60,102 nt of DNA from the IMG/VR virus record IMGVR_UViG_3300034257_000006, positions 1 to 60,102 of that record, one strand, 5' to 3'. The notes below the pieces were generated by a model. That model did no database searches. It had not been told where the DNA came from and was given only the letters and a program-made list of their open reading frames with translations. This document shows, one piece after another, positions 17,544-27,876 of this stretch; position 1 is the stretch's first letter; every line of letters begins with the position of its first letter. The DNA comes from a virus. Taxonomy: Duplodnaviria; Caudoviricetes. A program made the position numbers and the translations under genes.

Positions 17544-18026
17544 TCAGCTCCTTCGCGCCGCGTCAACTTCATCGGATGTGATTGCACGCTCGAATCCCAG
17601 TGTCGCTGGAGCAACATCTGACCCAGTGCCTGCTGAGAGGATCTTTTCAATCACTGTCGCTGATCGCTTATGCGCTGATGCTAACGCCAATTTCAGAGTG
17701 TTTTGCGATCCGCAAAAGTCATCAATTGCCGCCCTTGTTGCTGGTATTGAAGGTCTTGTTTCTCCGGTGATTACCCAAAACAATGAGTCCCTCTTGGACA
17801 CAGTTAATGCGTCGAGCTGTGTCGCGGCACCGACTGTCTCCATGATTGATTGACGATATTCCTGACTCGTTGTTAATGTTTTCCAGACGATGAACGCCGG
17901 ATTAGCGAGCGAATTCAGGTGATCTCGAATAAATCCGAGACCGTTTCCGTCTGATGCCTGACTGGCAAGAGACGGATCAGACAGGATGTACGCCTTTACA
18001 ATTGCTTTATGTGGTCCAGTAAGCAT
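17544..18026 (-). CDS. Putative virion-associated protein
   Basis: Part of the fibre gene block. Confidence 0.5.
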   Translation of the reverse strand: MLTGPHKAIVKAYILSDPSLASQASDGNGLGFIRDHLNSLANPAFIVWKTLTTSQEYRQSIMETVGAATQLDALTVSKRDSLFWVITGETRPSIPATRAAIDDFCGSQNTLKLALASAHKRSATVIEKILSAGTGSDVAPATLGFERAITSDEVDAARRS

Positions 18027-18061
18027 TGCTGTTGTCCATTTAATTCATAAAAACCAGACAA

Positions 18062-18517
18062 TTACGTATAGCTGATCTCGTTCGTGCTCTGGTTGCCAGA
18101 TTCCGCAGGACTTGCAGTATGCAGTGACAGGTACAGACTTCCCGCTGCCGATGAGTTCTGAAGACCAGCCGCATCACCCACGACGGCCCAGTCCGTATTG
18201 TTGAAAAACAACAGCAGGAATTTATTCGCTGCTGCGGTCGTCATCGCGTCGGATGCGGCCTGAGTGATTACTGTCGTCGTGTCCAGTTTTGGTGTCACAC
18301 CAGCGACAACGCTGATGTTGGGTGTCACCGCACCGAAAAATACCAGGTCGTTCGCACCGCCAATGGCTTCCGGACCAAGGCCGAAGTGTGTGACTGTACC
18401 GCCAGCACCACCGGCCATTGCCGGGAAAGTGGCTATTGTGCCCAATGTGGCTGTGTTGGTGCTGACAACCCAGTCAGTTCCATTTCTGCCTTTAGCGACT
18501 CGTGCATAAGCTGTCAT
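18062..18517 (-). CDS. Fibre-type structural protein, apparently circularly permuted
   Basis: Contains YARVA...FP...TVTHFG and LYLSLHTA.P...NEISY blocks in reversed order. Confidence 0.6.
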   Translation of the reverse strand: MTAYARVAKGRNGTDWVVSTNTATLGTIATFPAMAGGAGGTVTHFGLGPEAIGGANDLVFFGAVTPNISVVAGVTPKLDTTTVITQAASDAMTTAAANKFLLLFFNNTDWAVVGDAAGLQNSSAAGSLYLSLHTASPAESGNQSTNEISYT

Positions 18518-18520
18518 CGA

Positions 18521-18760
18521 TTAACTCCTGGATAAAACCTCGTCCACAAACAGTTTTGCACGCTGCATACCGGCATTGTGCCTCATGAATTCAACTACCT
18601 TTTCAGGCGTGCCATGAATCTTCAAAAGCTCACCGAATGCTACCACAGCCTCGATGATTCCGTTCGGATTATTCTCATTGCATCCGAATTCTACCAGAAC
18701 TTCCGGCGTCAATGGATGCTCAGGACTTCGCTTTTCAATTCGGAAAATGTATTCACTCAC
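18521..18760 (-). CDS. Hypothetical protein
   Basis: Coupled ORF. Confidence 0.55.
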   Translation of the reverse strand: MSEYIFRIEKRSPEHPLTPEVLVEFGCNENNPNGIIEAVVAFGELLKIHGTPEKVVEFMRHNAGMQRAKLFVDEVLSRS

Positions 18761-19389
18761 TTATCGTACTTCCTGCGATGTTGCTTATAGTGCTTATTGC
18801 AAAGCTCATGTCGTCTTGAAGGATTCTCGCAACCTTGAACAGAGCACGATCGTTTTTGCTTTCCACGTATCTCTGGGATGTTCCCGTAGGCAATAGCCAC
18901 TGCCAAAAGTTGATATGCCCTCGCTGCCCTCGCCTCAATCTTCCATGGTTTGCATCCGTAAAGATCTGCGATTTCTCGACATGAGAATCCTGAAAGACAG
19001 TAGCGAATGACAGCGAAGCAGTCCGCTGGAAGTTTGCTGATTGCGATCTGCAACCGTTGGATCAGTTCACGATGTTCAATTGATTCACAAACTGGACGTT
19101 CATTACTCAGGACATAGCTCAAATCTCCATCGTCGCTGTTTACAGCACGAACCCCGATGTTCCTGCGAGTATGCCATTCACGTTGGTTGTTGACAATGAC
19201 CTTTGTTGCGAATGTTGCGAATGTGCAATCTCTTTCGAGATCAAATGCCGCAGCCGCCTCACACAATCCAATCGAAGCGTCTGAAAACTGTTCTGTGTCT
19301 TTGACGGGGATTCGCTGTCGCCTGGCATATGGTAACGACAGGATGCAGGCAAGTCCAATATGATCTTTTGGGTCAACCATCAGCGACAC
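18757..19389 (-). CDS. Sigma-70 family RNA polymerase sigma factor
   Basis: Region 2 IGLCEAAAAFDLERDCTFATFA; region 4 ISKLP...GFSCREIADLYG. Confidence 0.8.
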   Translation of the reverse strand: MSLMVDPKDHIGLACILSLPYARRQRIPVKDTEQFSDASIGLCEAAAAFDLERDCTFATFATKVIVNNQREWHTRRNIGVRAVNSDDGDLSYVLSNERPVCESIEHRELIQRLQIAISKLPADCFAVIRYCLSGFSCREIADLYGCKPWKIEARAARAYQLLAVAIAYGNIPEIRGKQKRSCSVQGCENPSRRHELCNKHYKQHRRKYDK

Positions 19390-19413
19390 TCTGGAACAGT
19401 TTTACAGACGAAT

Positions 19414-20716
19414 TCAGTAGTTGTGTTCTACGGTGGTTCCTGGCTCTCCAGGCAGTCTAACAATACCCCAGTCGCGTGCTGTAAAATTGCGAGCGCCACT
19501 AAATATGCCTCCATCGCTGTGTCCACGTTTGCTTGTTCCGCCGCGCAAGGATCTTCCGGTGGATCGCGTGTCAGTCCATGAGACTTTGTGTCCGTTTGGT
19601 GTAGTGACTTCAATGCGTCCTGAAGTGATTGAGACCGGGTTTCCAGCAGTGTCATCAGTCGCCTGACTTTGGTTGTTTGCTGTTTCATGGTCGTGGATGT
19701 TCGCGATTTTTTTGCCATGCTCTTTTTGCTCCGCTTGAAGATTTTCGATGATCTTGTCTTTGGCTTCCATCTTATTGTCGTACAGCGACTGGAGATGATA
19801 TCCTATATTCCCAGACCAGAATGTTAGAACGATGATCATCCCTGCCAGAATTCGGCAATCAAACAGAAGCCTTCGCTTGTTTCCTGTTATGCCATCGTGA
19901 TAAATCAGCCTGGTCGCTGCCACACACGTTGCCAGGATGAACATCACACAAACGATCTGATATTCAACTCGCATCATTTTCTCAACGCCTCAATAATGTT
20001 CGGTATGGCAGATCCCAGCGCGAGAATGGCAGCTACTACAAAGACCATCCAAAATGCCTGACTCGCGTTCCGGCCTGAGATGTGAAATTTGCCTCCTGGA
20101 ACACGAAGGAACATTCTGTCGATTTCACGGTCGCTGTCGTGTTCATCGTCGTCCACCGTTGCACCTTTCACTGCTTTTGGCTGTCGTCCACTCTCTTCGA
20201 CATCGCTTCTGATCTAACGTCTCCAGCGTCCTGCCTTGCATCGCTCGCGTCAATTCGAGCACGGTTTTCAGCAATCGCTCCTGCGTTATCCTGTGCCTTG
20301 AGCCGCAGAGACTCCATGATCGTTTCCTGAAGCCCAACGATTTTCTTCTCCAGCGAATCAACCTTAGCTTCCAGTACACCCTCTCGCTTTTCACACGTAG
20401 TCAGAGCCAGTTTTACGTATTCGTGAGACTTCTCAGTCGAGAACCATAGCTTTCCGATCGCTGTCGTTAATGCCAATCCGATCGCAGACGCGATGACAAG
20501 CATCGTTGCTTCAGAAATCTCCATTGTCCGCACGCCTCACTGAATGACGAATCCAAAAACCTTCCAGCCAAGCAGGAACAACAGCACGAACATCAAGAAA
20601 CTTCCAGACAGCATGAATCGATCTACTGGCCGATCTGCAGGAGCTTTATGATAGAAGAATCCACCAATGAACATCCACAACAACATCAAGATCCAGAAAA
20701 CCAACCCTTTTGACAC
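19414..20716 (-). CDS. Four small membrane proteins (19414-19977, 19974-20171, 20168-20533, 20537-~20716); holin/spanin candidates
   Basis: One or two hydrophobic helices each, two with coiled coils. Confidence 0.5.
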
Positions 20717-21651
20717 TACGCACCTCCTCTCCGATACAACCACACGTCGCCATGCTGCACCATATTCAGTCCTTCTACTTGATGGAATGGGCTCGCTGCA
20801 ACACGAACAGACCTGAGTTTCGATGATAATTCAGCTAAAAGCGTAGGGTAAAGATACGCTGTTATGACTGTAGCTCGGGATGCATCGAAATTCCGGGCGT
20901 CTCCCTGTTCCACCGTAATCAGATGAGACAGCCCGGAATCATTGATTGCCTGACGGGCAACTGAGACTCGTGTGTGGTCCAGTTCCACACCGATTCCTCG
21001 GATGCCACGACGTGCCGCAGCTATCAGGATGCGTCCGTCTTCGCACCCCAGATCAGCCAGGACATCGTCAGATCGCAATTGCATAAGATCCAGCATCTGC
21101 TCAATGAGAGCGATTGGACACGGCTGCTGGTCGTCTGGGAGAGACGACTGATACGCCTGCATCTGCCTGCGATATTCAGCCTGTTTGGCTCGAATCGATC
21201 GGCACATGCCGCAGTTGCAGTTGCGATTGTACGTCTCAAGGTCGATTGTGCCCCATCCTGACCATTGGATGTAGCGGGATGGTGGCGACCTGTTTATTTT
21301 TGCCTGAGGAATCGACACGTTCTCTGGATATGTCGATTCGGACGACACGTCCCATTCGAATTCGTACGGGACGTGCGGAACCGTAAAACCGAATCGATGC
21401 TTACACTGCGCGATCGTCAGCACGTTCTCAGCAGGCCATCCGTTTTTGATGAACAACGCTTTCCGCGCAGGGCAGTTCCGGCACCATGATTCGCTGACGA
21501 TGTAGCGTGTCCGTTTCTTGACTTTTACCTGCTGCACTTCGGCAGGCTGAGCTACAGCATATCTTCCTGTCGGATGGAAGATCTGCATCCCATCCGAAGG
21601 CAGCATAGACACAGTAATCAGCAAATGCATGATGTGCAGCATCGTCTTCAT
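20716..21651 (-). CDS. CxxC domain plus class I SAM methyltransferase fusion
   Basis: SWCRNCP; LADLGCEDGRILIAAA, GIGVEL, GDA and TAYLYP motifs. Confidence 0.75.
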   Translation of the reverse strand: MKTMLHIMHLLITVSMLPSDGMQIFHPTGRYAVAQPAEVQQVKVKKRTRYIVSESWCRNCPARKALFIKNGWPAENVLTIAQCKHRFGFTVPHVPYEFEWDVSSESTYPENVSIPQAKINRSPPSRYIQWSGWGTIDLETYNRNCNCGMCRSIRAKQAEYRRQMQAYQSSLPDDQQPCPIALIEQMLDLMQLRSDDVLADLGCEDGRILIAAARRGIRGIGVELDHTRVSVARQAINDSGLSHLITVEQGDARNFDASRATVITAYLYPTLLAELSSKLRSVRVAASPFHQVEGLNMVQHGDVWLYRRGGA

Positions 21652-21653
21652 GA

Positions 21654-22460
21654 CTATCCCTCCTGAGTTGTAGGTAACGTCCAGAACGTATGAACGCCGA
21701 ACGTCTGCTCGAAAGTTTTGAGCGTCAAGTAAGCTCGTCCTTGCTGACCGTACTGAACACCCCACGAATTAGCCATGTCAAACACTTCTTTGCCAGCCAC
21801 GATGCAAAGATCGTCAACGCACACCGAATGATTCCCTCGCCCATTGTCAGCGCCAGCGATTCCATTGCTGTCTAATCGCTGAAAGTTACCGCCAGCATGA
21901 ACGGCGACGACACAGGGCCACTGCTTTGCAAGTGCCGTCCGAAGTCCTCGAATCGTCTTTACAGGACGCAGCTTGAAGCCTTTGTGCTTCGCTGCTGCGG
22001 CATCTGCACCGGCAGGCATCTGTTTCCGGTAGATCAGATTCGCCGGGACCAAGGATAGCGGTGGCGCGCCGTGTTCCTCTGCGACCTTTAATCCATCGGA
22101 CAACATGCTTCCGTTGTCCTGATTCCCATTCATCCATGCGTACATGTACGATCCGGATAACTTCTTCAGGCCATCACGGAATCCGCGTCGATAGCGACCT
22201 CTCGCAATGACACCGGAAGTTCCCCATCCATTGCATGAACCGTACGACAACTGATCGCACATCCATGTTGAATCGAACATCTTGCGAGAAGGTTTGCGAT
22301 TCGGATCTGTGATCGCCTTTCTGATTTCTTCGTCAGTCCATTCTTCCACCGCTCCAGGTGCTGCTGCAAACGCAGCAAGCATCCCTGTATCCGGAGCAAG
22401 TGAGCCAAGTCTTCGTGTGTTTCCGTTAATATCAACGATCTGCTCGATTTCGTCAGCCAC
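21654..22460 (-). CDS. Papain-like (C1) cysteine protease
   Basis: DQ..YGSC, GNHSV and ANSWG..YG..G catalytic motifs. Confidence 0.88.
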   Translation of the reverse strand: MADEIEQIVDINGNTRRLGSLAPDTGMLAAFAAAPGAVEEWTDEEIRKAITDPNRKPSRKMFDSTWMCDQLSYGSCNGWGTSGVIARGRYRRGFRDGLKKLSGSYMYAWMNGNQDNGSMLSDGLKVAEEHGAPPLSLVPANLIYRKQMPAGADAAAAKHKGFKLRPVKTIRGLRTALAKQWPCVVAVHAGGNFQRLDSNGIAGADNGRGNHSVCVDDLCIVAGKEVFDMANSWGVQYGQQGRAYLTLKTFEQTFGVHTFWTLPTTQEG

Positions 22461-23238
22461 CTGTAAGCCTCCCTACTAGCAATTTGAGTTCATCGAATGT
22501 TGCCGGAAGTGGCCCGCGATGAACTATGATGCCCGTCCCTTTGTCTGTGATGACAATCCCAGGAGCAGCACTATTGAGCTGTCCAATCGCTTTGACGCCT
22601 TCCGATTCAGTCGTAGCGATATCGTAAAGCCGATACTCACTGCCGGAATCAAGCAATTCATTCCACGCGACAAGTCCATTTAGAACAGTTGCGACAGGCA
22701 ACGACGTATTTTCGGAATCAGTGATTACTGACAGCCGAACATGAGGAACGACTGGAAAAGGAGGATCTGGATCTGGGTCCGGATCTGGTTCTGGTGGTGG
22801 ACGCGGCCCCATCACATTCAGCGTTCGCCTCACGCGATCAACGTCTGGAGTCACCAAATCCGCAACCTCAACCAATACGACACGCCCCTTTGCGACCGGC
22901 CTCACAAGCATGATGCACTTGCCGCTGTAGGTACGTTCCTCGAAATCTCCTGAGCCATCTGCGAACCGACTGAACACAGTCCACGGACCAACCTTTCGAG
23001 TAACGGCGACAACTCCAAGAGGAACAGACACAATCGAAAAATCCGTATCCGACTCAACGATATAGAGTCTGTCTTCTGAAAGATCCATTACTGGCATTGG
23101 TGCAGGAGGACCGACCGGAGAAGGCAACATCGGCCATCGGATTGACGGGGAGACTGTTGGAGACGGATCATCACCACGGCATGACAAGGAAGCAATCACA
23201 ATGATCGTTGCCCCGATAACAATGTCTTTGAGACGCAT
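22453..23238 (-). CDS. Exported Pro-rich protein, possibly a lipoprotein
   Basis: Hydrophobic N-terminus ending SLSC; GPRPPPEPDPDPDP linker. Confidence 0.6.
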   Translation of the reverse strand: MRLKDIVIGATIIVIASLSCRGDDPSPTVSPSIRWPMLPSPVGPPAPMPVMDLSEDRLYIVESDTDFSIVSVPLGVVAVTRKVGPWTVFSRFADGSGDFEERTYSGKCIMLVRPVAKGRVVLVEVADLVTPDVDRVRRTLNVMGPRPPPEPDPDPDPDPPFPVVPHVRLSVITDSENTSLPVATVLNGLVAWNELLDSGSEYRLYDIATTESEGVKAIGQLNSAAPGIVITDKGTGIIVHRGPLPATFDELKLLVGRLTGG

Positions 23239-23582
23239 TAGTCATCGTCTCCCAGTGCATGACCAGCAGCCAGTACAGCATTGATTGTTGGACCGTCAGC
23301 CTTCATAGCTTCGATCAACTTCGTCTCAGCAATCTCGTACAGATCAGCCCGTGATAATTTCGGAAAGCGTTTCCTGTCAGATCGTGACGCTTGCCTGTGG
23401 GCTTTGTTCGCAGCCTGCCGAGCCGCCGGAATGCAGTCGTTAACAAGGTCCGGGTCCATGCGACCTGTCGCCTCGTTGTAGGCCGCTCGCAACACATCGT
23501 GCGGATTTTCGCTCGACGTCTGCTGAAAACATTTTGCAATGATTGGGCCAAGTAGCCCGAGAATGATCGTGATCCAGTCCAT
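23238..23582 (-). CDS. Hypothetical membrane-associated protein
   Basis: MDWITIILGLLGPII N-terminus. Confidence 0.6.
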   Translation of the reverse strand: MDWITIILGLLGPIIAKCFQQTSSENPHDVLRAAYNEATGRMDPDLVNDCIPAARQAANKAHRQASRSDRKRFPKLSRADLYEIAETKLIEAMKADGPTINAVLAAGHALGDDD

Positions 23583-23680
23583 TTTAACACTCCTTCTGTT
23601 GAAAATAACCGATCCCCTCCCGGCAGTGGCGTCCCTGAGCTACAGCCGAAGGAACCGCAACCCAGCCTGCCGGGAGAGTT

Positions 23681-23956
23681 TCAGTCAGGGGAAACGCTTG
23701 TAACTATGTTTAACAACCCGAACGCGAATAGCCAACCACAAACTCCCGTATCCATGAAGTACGCCACAGGAATACCGATCCAGAAGCCACAACAGATCAC
23801 GCATTGGATTCCAGTATTTTGCCATGTGTCTTCTGGGTATCTGTCCGTTACCAACTTTCTGAGCCGCGCAAATAGACCGAACGGGCCATCTGTTCCTGAG
23901 AAAGAGTATGCGAGACCGAACGTGATCACGGCTGTTACAACATAATCGAACATCAC
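23681..23956 (-). CDS. DUF1360-like small membrane protein with CxxC
   Basis: DGPFGLFARLR...CVICCGFW. Confidence 0.7.
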   Translation of the reverse strand: MMFDYVVTAVITFGLAYSFSGTDGPFGLFARLRKLVTDRYPEDTWQNTGIQCVICCGFWIGIPVAYFMDTGVCGWLFAFGLLNIVTSVSPD

Positions 23957-24630
23957 CGTCTCCTCGATCCACCGGCACCATGTGCCATAAACGCCTTCTT
24001 CGATCTCCCCGGATCAAGCGCTGATCCGTTAGCCGTCGCTGTTTTCACTGTCGTCTGCGCAAACTTCGCCACGATGTTTTCTTTCCAGCCGGCCCACTTC
24101 AAGCCGTTGATCTGGTTTCCAACAATCTGTTGAGGCGGGATCAGATTCGAGTTCATAGAATGTCTAACATAGATCCAGCTCGGTTCGAAGCACGCTTCAA
24201 TGGTTCTGCCGACATGCGTGGAGTCATCGACGAACATTGTCGCTGAGACGATGTTGTCCTTCGATCTCCAGACCTTCAGTTTGCCTTCGTTGAAGATGTA
24301 GCCATTCGGAAAACTCAGCAGAGTATTCTGCTGAGGCTCAGGAATCTTTCGCAGCGTCTCGATGAACGTGGGGCACAGGAAGTCGTCGTCGCCGACTTCT
24401 ACTTCGATTCGCGGTCCAACAGGGAATTTCAGTTGCGACGCCATGAAAGGAGAGAACGCCTCTCTCCTTGCTGTCCATCTCGGATCCATTGGAGACTGGT
24501 CCATAGCAACAAAGAACGCTGTGTCCGTCTGATTCTTCAGAGACTTAATCAGAGTGTTCTGAGTTATCGCAAGTCTGTAGCGACTTGAGTCGTGCTCGAA
24601 GTATTCAGACCTCACTCGTATGTAGATCAT
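23953..24630 (-). CDS. Putative glycosyltransferase (GT-A, rhamnosyltransferase-like)
   Basis: SLKNQTD..F, GDDDFL and WIYVRH motifs. Confidence 0.6.
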   Translation of the reverse strand: MIYIRVRSEYFEHDSSRYRLAITQNTLIKSLKNQTDTAFFVAMDQSPMDPRWTARREAFSPFMASQLKFPVGPRIEVEVGDDDFLCPTFIETLRKIPEPQQNTLLSFPNGYIFNEGKLKVWRSKDNIVSATMFVDDSTHVGRTIEACFEPSWIYVRHSMNSNLIPPQQIVGNQINGLKWAGWKENIVAKFAQTTVKTATANGSALDPGRSKKAFMAHGAGGSRRR

Positions 24631-25456
24631 ACCGTTCCTTCGGCTGTGGGTAGAGTTTCAATAAATCCCCCGGCTCCGCGCCGATCCATTTTCGACACTG
24701 CCTCGTGCTTGATCCGCCACGAGGTGCATCGTGTCCCATCGACGAGTTCGATACACCTGCTGGCAATGGAGACCAGTGTAGCACCAGACTCGGTGAATAG
24801 TGCCAGATCTCTTTGCCCATGTCTACCAATGTTCTACTAATCCATGTATCGACGGCTTTGCGTTCCCATGACTTCGTGTTCTTGTCCTTCGCCTGAGTGT
24901 GGGAGCCTTTCCATGCGTCGATCGATTTGTGGTAAACGAGTTCTTCAAGGACGTGTCTCGGAAACACAAGAGCCAGTGATCCGACGAGGTTGTTCGATCG
25001 CGAAACGAACGTGCCGTTCTCTCGGATGATCTTTGCTTTGAACAGACCGTTGCCTGATGCGTACTGCGCGATGTTCGGGCAGTATAGTGAAACGCAGCCA
25101 CAGTTCTCGGAAGGCCACAGATCTCGCTCCAGAAGAGGATAGATTCCGTTAGCGAACAAAGCGTCGTCTTCGCAGATGAGGAACGTGTCGGCCATGTCTG
25201 TGATTTCGAGGAGATCACGTCCGGCTTGGATCCAGTTACCGAAATTACCGAAGACACCTTCTTTTGACCACGCGAAAGTGTTGAGTTCCGTCTCAACTGT
25301 TGGTCTCTGCACACACAGATACTCCGTTCTCCGAATGCAGCAACCCGGCTCGCAGAACAGTATCGGCGCAACGCCGAGTCCGGCGAGCGAACTGACGACT
25401 TCTTTGTATGTCGGTTTTGGGCGTGGGGCGACGATGATGCCAATTGCGAGTTTCAT
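24605..25456 (-). CDS. Putative GT-A glycosyltransferase
   Basis: LICEDDA, VSLY and PSLVLH motifs. Confidence 0.7.
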   Translation of the reverse strand: MKLAIGIIVAPRPKPTYKEVVSSLAGLGVAPILFCEPGCCIRRTEYLCVQRPTVETELNTFAWSKEGVFGNFGNWIQAGRDLLEITDMADTFLICEDDALFANGIYPLLERDLWPSENCGCVSLYCPNIAQYASGNGLFKAKIIRENGTFVSRSNNLVGSLALVFPRHVLEELVYHKSIDAWKGSHTQAKDKNTKSWERKAVDTWISRTLVDMGKEIWHYSPSLVLHWSPLPAGVSNSSMGHDAPRGGSSTRQCRKWIGAEPGDLLKLYPQPKERYDLHTSEV

Positions 25457-25674
25457 GATGCAGACTGCTTGCAAAGATGAACAGTAAACATTGGATCTGA
25501 TCTAATGCTGACGAGGTATTCGTTTAACTTTTCGTTCTTAATTTTCCGCATTTCATACCCTGCAGTGTATCCAGCCATCCAATGCGACGACGCTGTTTCA
25601 TCAATCGCACTGGGTTGAATCGCCGCTGAAAATCCATTGGACCATTCTTTGCCAATTTCATACTTGGGCCTCAT
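25453..25674 (-). CDS. Hypothetical protein
   Basis: Short coupled ORF. Confidence 0.5.
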   Translation of the reverse strand: MRPKYEIGKEWSNGFSAAIQPSAIDETASSHWMAGYTAGYEMRKIKNEKLNEYLVSIRSDPMFTVHLCKQSAS

Positions 25675-26405
25675 TCCAGTTTCTCCTTTATAAACCGACT
25701 CAATGGTCCTTCGACTTTCCTTGACCGCAACAGCATGTTGCTCGTCTCTTCGCGTTCTTTGGCTTTTGGATCGATGGTTCCGTCGGCGTACGGCGTGACT
25801 CTGCCGGCCCAATTTTTAAAGGGATGGCCGAGGTGCAATACCTCAAATGGAGGGCGAACGTGTTTTTTGTCTGGCCACTTCGAATGGAAGAACGAATCAG
25901 CACTTCCGGCCCATGTGAAATCAAGTGAATGCCAAGGTGGAGGACCGAGTACAGTGTCTGATCCGTGAAACAACTGGCAAAATCCGGCGAACTCTTCGTT
26001 TGTTCGCAGCCTCTTATACTGACGCCATTTTCTTTGTTCTGGAATTCCCGTAGAGATATCATGCTTTATTCGACGGTGTGGAACGTAAATGCAGCCTGGC
26101 ACTGGAATGAAAGAATGACGATTCTCCGGTATTGCGATGTCTGCGTCGATGTTCAGTAACCAACCATCCCGTCCAAAGACATCATATGCCTCTTCAATTG
26201 CTGCGAACTTATTCAACTTCGCGCCACGTCGATAAAAGACATCAGTGATATGAACTCTCGCGCCATTCGCCTGAGCAACGTCGATTGTTTTCGTGTCTCT
26301 AGCGACAGTCACAACCATCGTCTCTTCGATGAAAAATTTGTGCGTCGGCAACGTCATCTCAAGGATGTCACCATAATCGACTGAGACGCAAACTGCCCTT
26401 ACCAT
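25671..26405 (-). CDS. Putative GT-A glycosyltransferase
   Basis: CVSVDYGD.L, WLLNIDADI, GFCQLFH and VLHLG motifs. Confidence 0.75.
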   Translation of the reverse strand: MVRAVCVSVDYGDILEMTLPTHKFFIEETMVVTVARDTKTIDVAQANGARVHITDVFYRRGAKLNKFAAIEEAYDVFGRDGWLLNIDADIAIPENRHSFIPVPGCIYVPHRRIKHDISTGIPEQRKWRQYKRLRTNEEFAGFCQLFHGSDTVLGPPPWHSLDFTWAGSADSFFHSKWPDKKHVRPPFEVLHLGHPFKNWAGRVTPYADGTIDPKAKEREETSNMLLRSRKVEGPLSRFIKEKLE

Positions 26406-26941
26406 TTTCTCGCCCACCATGAAGCCATCTCATCATCCGTTAAATACACTTGCAACCCTGTCTTTTTCCTGAACTCTTCAACCGCATAAACCACACCCGG
26501 CAGACACGAATTGAAATCGTGACCTGCGATTATTCCCCCGTCCATCACCTTTGGGAACCAAAGACCAATATCCCTGCTCACGCTTTCGTAATCGTGCAGT
26601 GCGTCGATGTATACGATGCCAAATAAATCGTACTCCAGATGAGCAGCCGCCTCTTCGCTCGTCATTCGAAGCACTGAGTATCGACCATGAAATTCATCCA
26701 TTGCCATCATGGCGATCTGCATGTCCTGATCTCTGTCTCGGCTTGAATCGTCCGAGCATGGATAGTACGTTTCATTACCTTCAGTAAATCCTTCCCATGG
26801 ATCAACAAGCGTAATTGTTCCTCGGAATCTCTGCATGAACGACTTCGCAAAAACACCCTGGTGCGTTCCGATCTCAACTGCCGTCTGCAATCCAAGTGCG
26901 TTTGCGATGTCGGCCAAACATTCTCTTGTCGCAAGTCTCAT
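26399..26941 (-). CDS. Class I SAM methyltransferase (Methyltransf_24-like)
   Basis: VEIGTHQG, VDPW, YIDALHDYE and GGIIAGHDF motifs. Confidence 0.88.
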   Translation of the reverse strand: MRLATRECLADIANALGLQTAVEIGTHQGVFAKSFMQRFRGTITLVDPWEGFTEGNETYYPCSDDSSRDRDQDMQIAMMAMDEFHGRYSVLRMTSEEAAAHLEYDLFGIVYIDALHDYESVSRDIGLWFPKVMDGGIIAGHDFNSCLPGVVYAVEEFRKKTGLQVYLTDDEMASWWARKW

Positions 26942-27876
26942 CGATGAGAGTTTCCAATGTAATCAACTGTTGACTTCAGTGACTGCTCAGACACTTCTGA
27001 CCGCAGTGTCACAAACTGAACGTCGCGATCCGGCTTCTTCGGTTTGTAGATTTCAGCGTGTGTTGCAGAAACCTGTTCACGACCAGATTCATCCTGCGCC
27101 AATGATCCGTGCCCGCGAAGAGGAACTCCGCATCCATGGCAATGATGCCTGACCTGTGCTGCGTAGGCTTGCATGGGTTGCTTCCACCACCCATTGACTA
27201 CAGGAACGCCTGTGTCCGGATAATCCGGATCCCATTGATGCAGAATCGACTGCGCTCCAGCGATTTCGCAGAACCACGCCCTGAGTTCTCCACGGAACAT
27301 GCCGACCATGGACGACCACTGCTGATTGATGTCGCACTTAGAGATTAGATCCCATCGTTCTGCTTCGTCTTCGATGACATCCTGCATAGCGACGTAAACG
27401 GGTGAATGGCGTGAATCTTCGTGCAGACCGAATGGACGAGATTCAGGCCAGTCGCGTTTAAATTCGTCGTAGGCTTCGCGGTCGAGATGGACATTCAGGT
27501 TTGATACCAGAGGATTGAATGTCTTCCGGATTATTTTTCCGTGCCCCTTGGGATGATTGCACCAAAGACCACAACGAGACTTGCGAATGCGCGTGCTCAG
27601 TATTCTGCACAACTGGTCGAACTTCGGATGCATCGCAGGGTTGCCTCCGAAGATCCCAACAACACCGAAGTAGTCTTTCAGTGTAATGACAGCCTGCTCA
27701 AACAGTTCAGGAGTAATCATCGTCAGCTTACCACCGAGATTCGACCCCTGTGTACACCCGAAGCATGCTTTGTCGCATGCACGAGTGATATGGATCTGGA
27801 CAATCCCGCCCATCCATGCCGCTTTACGCTTCATGCCGGGAGAAACCATTTTGCTCAATGCTTCCTGCTCGTTCAC
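26938..27876 (-). CDS. Radical SAM protein
   Basis: ITRACDKACFGC (CX3CX2C), FGGNP.MHP, C-terminal Cys cluster. Confidence 0.85.
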   Translation of the reverse strand: MNEQEALSKMVSPGMKRKAAWMGGIVQIHITRACDKACFGCTQGSNLGGKLTMITPELFEQAVITLKDYFGVVGIFGGNPAMHPKFDQLCRILSTRIRKSRCGLWCNHPKGHGKIIRKTFNPLVSNLNVHLDREAYDEFKRDWPESRPFGLHEDSRHSPVYVAMQDVIEDEAERWDLISKCDINQQWSSMVGMFRGELRAWFCEIAGAQSILHQWDPDYPDTGVPVVNGWWKQPMQAYAAQVRHHCHGCGVPLRGHGSLAQDESGREQVSATHAEIYKPKKPDRDVQFVTLRSEVSEQSLKSTVDYIGNSHR

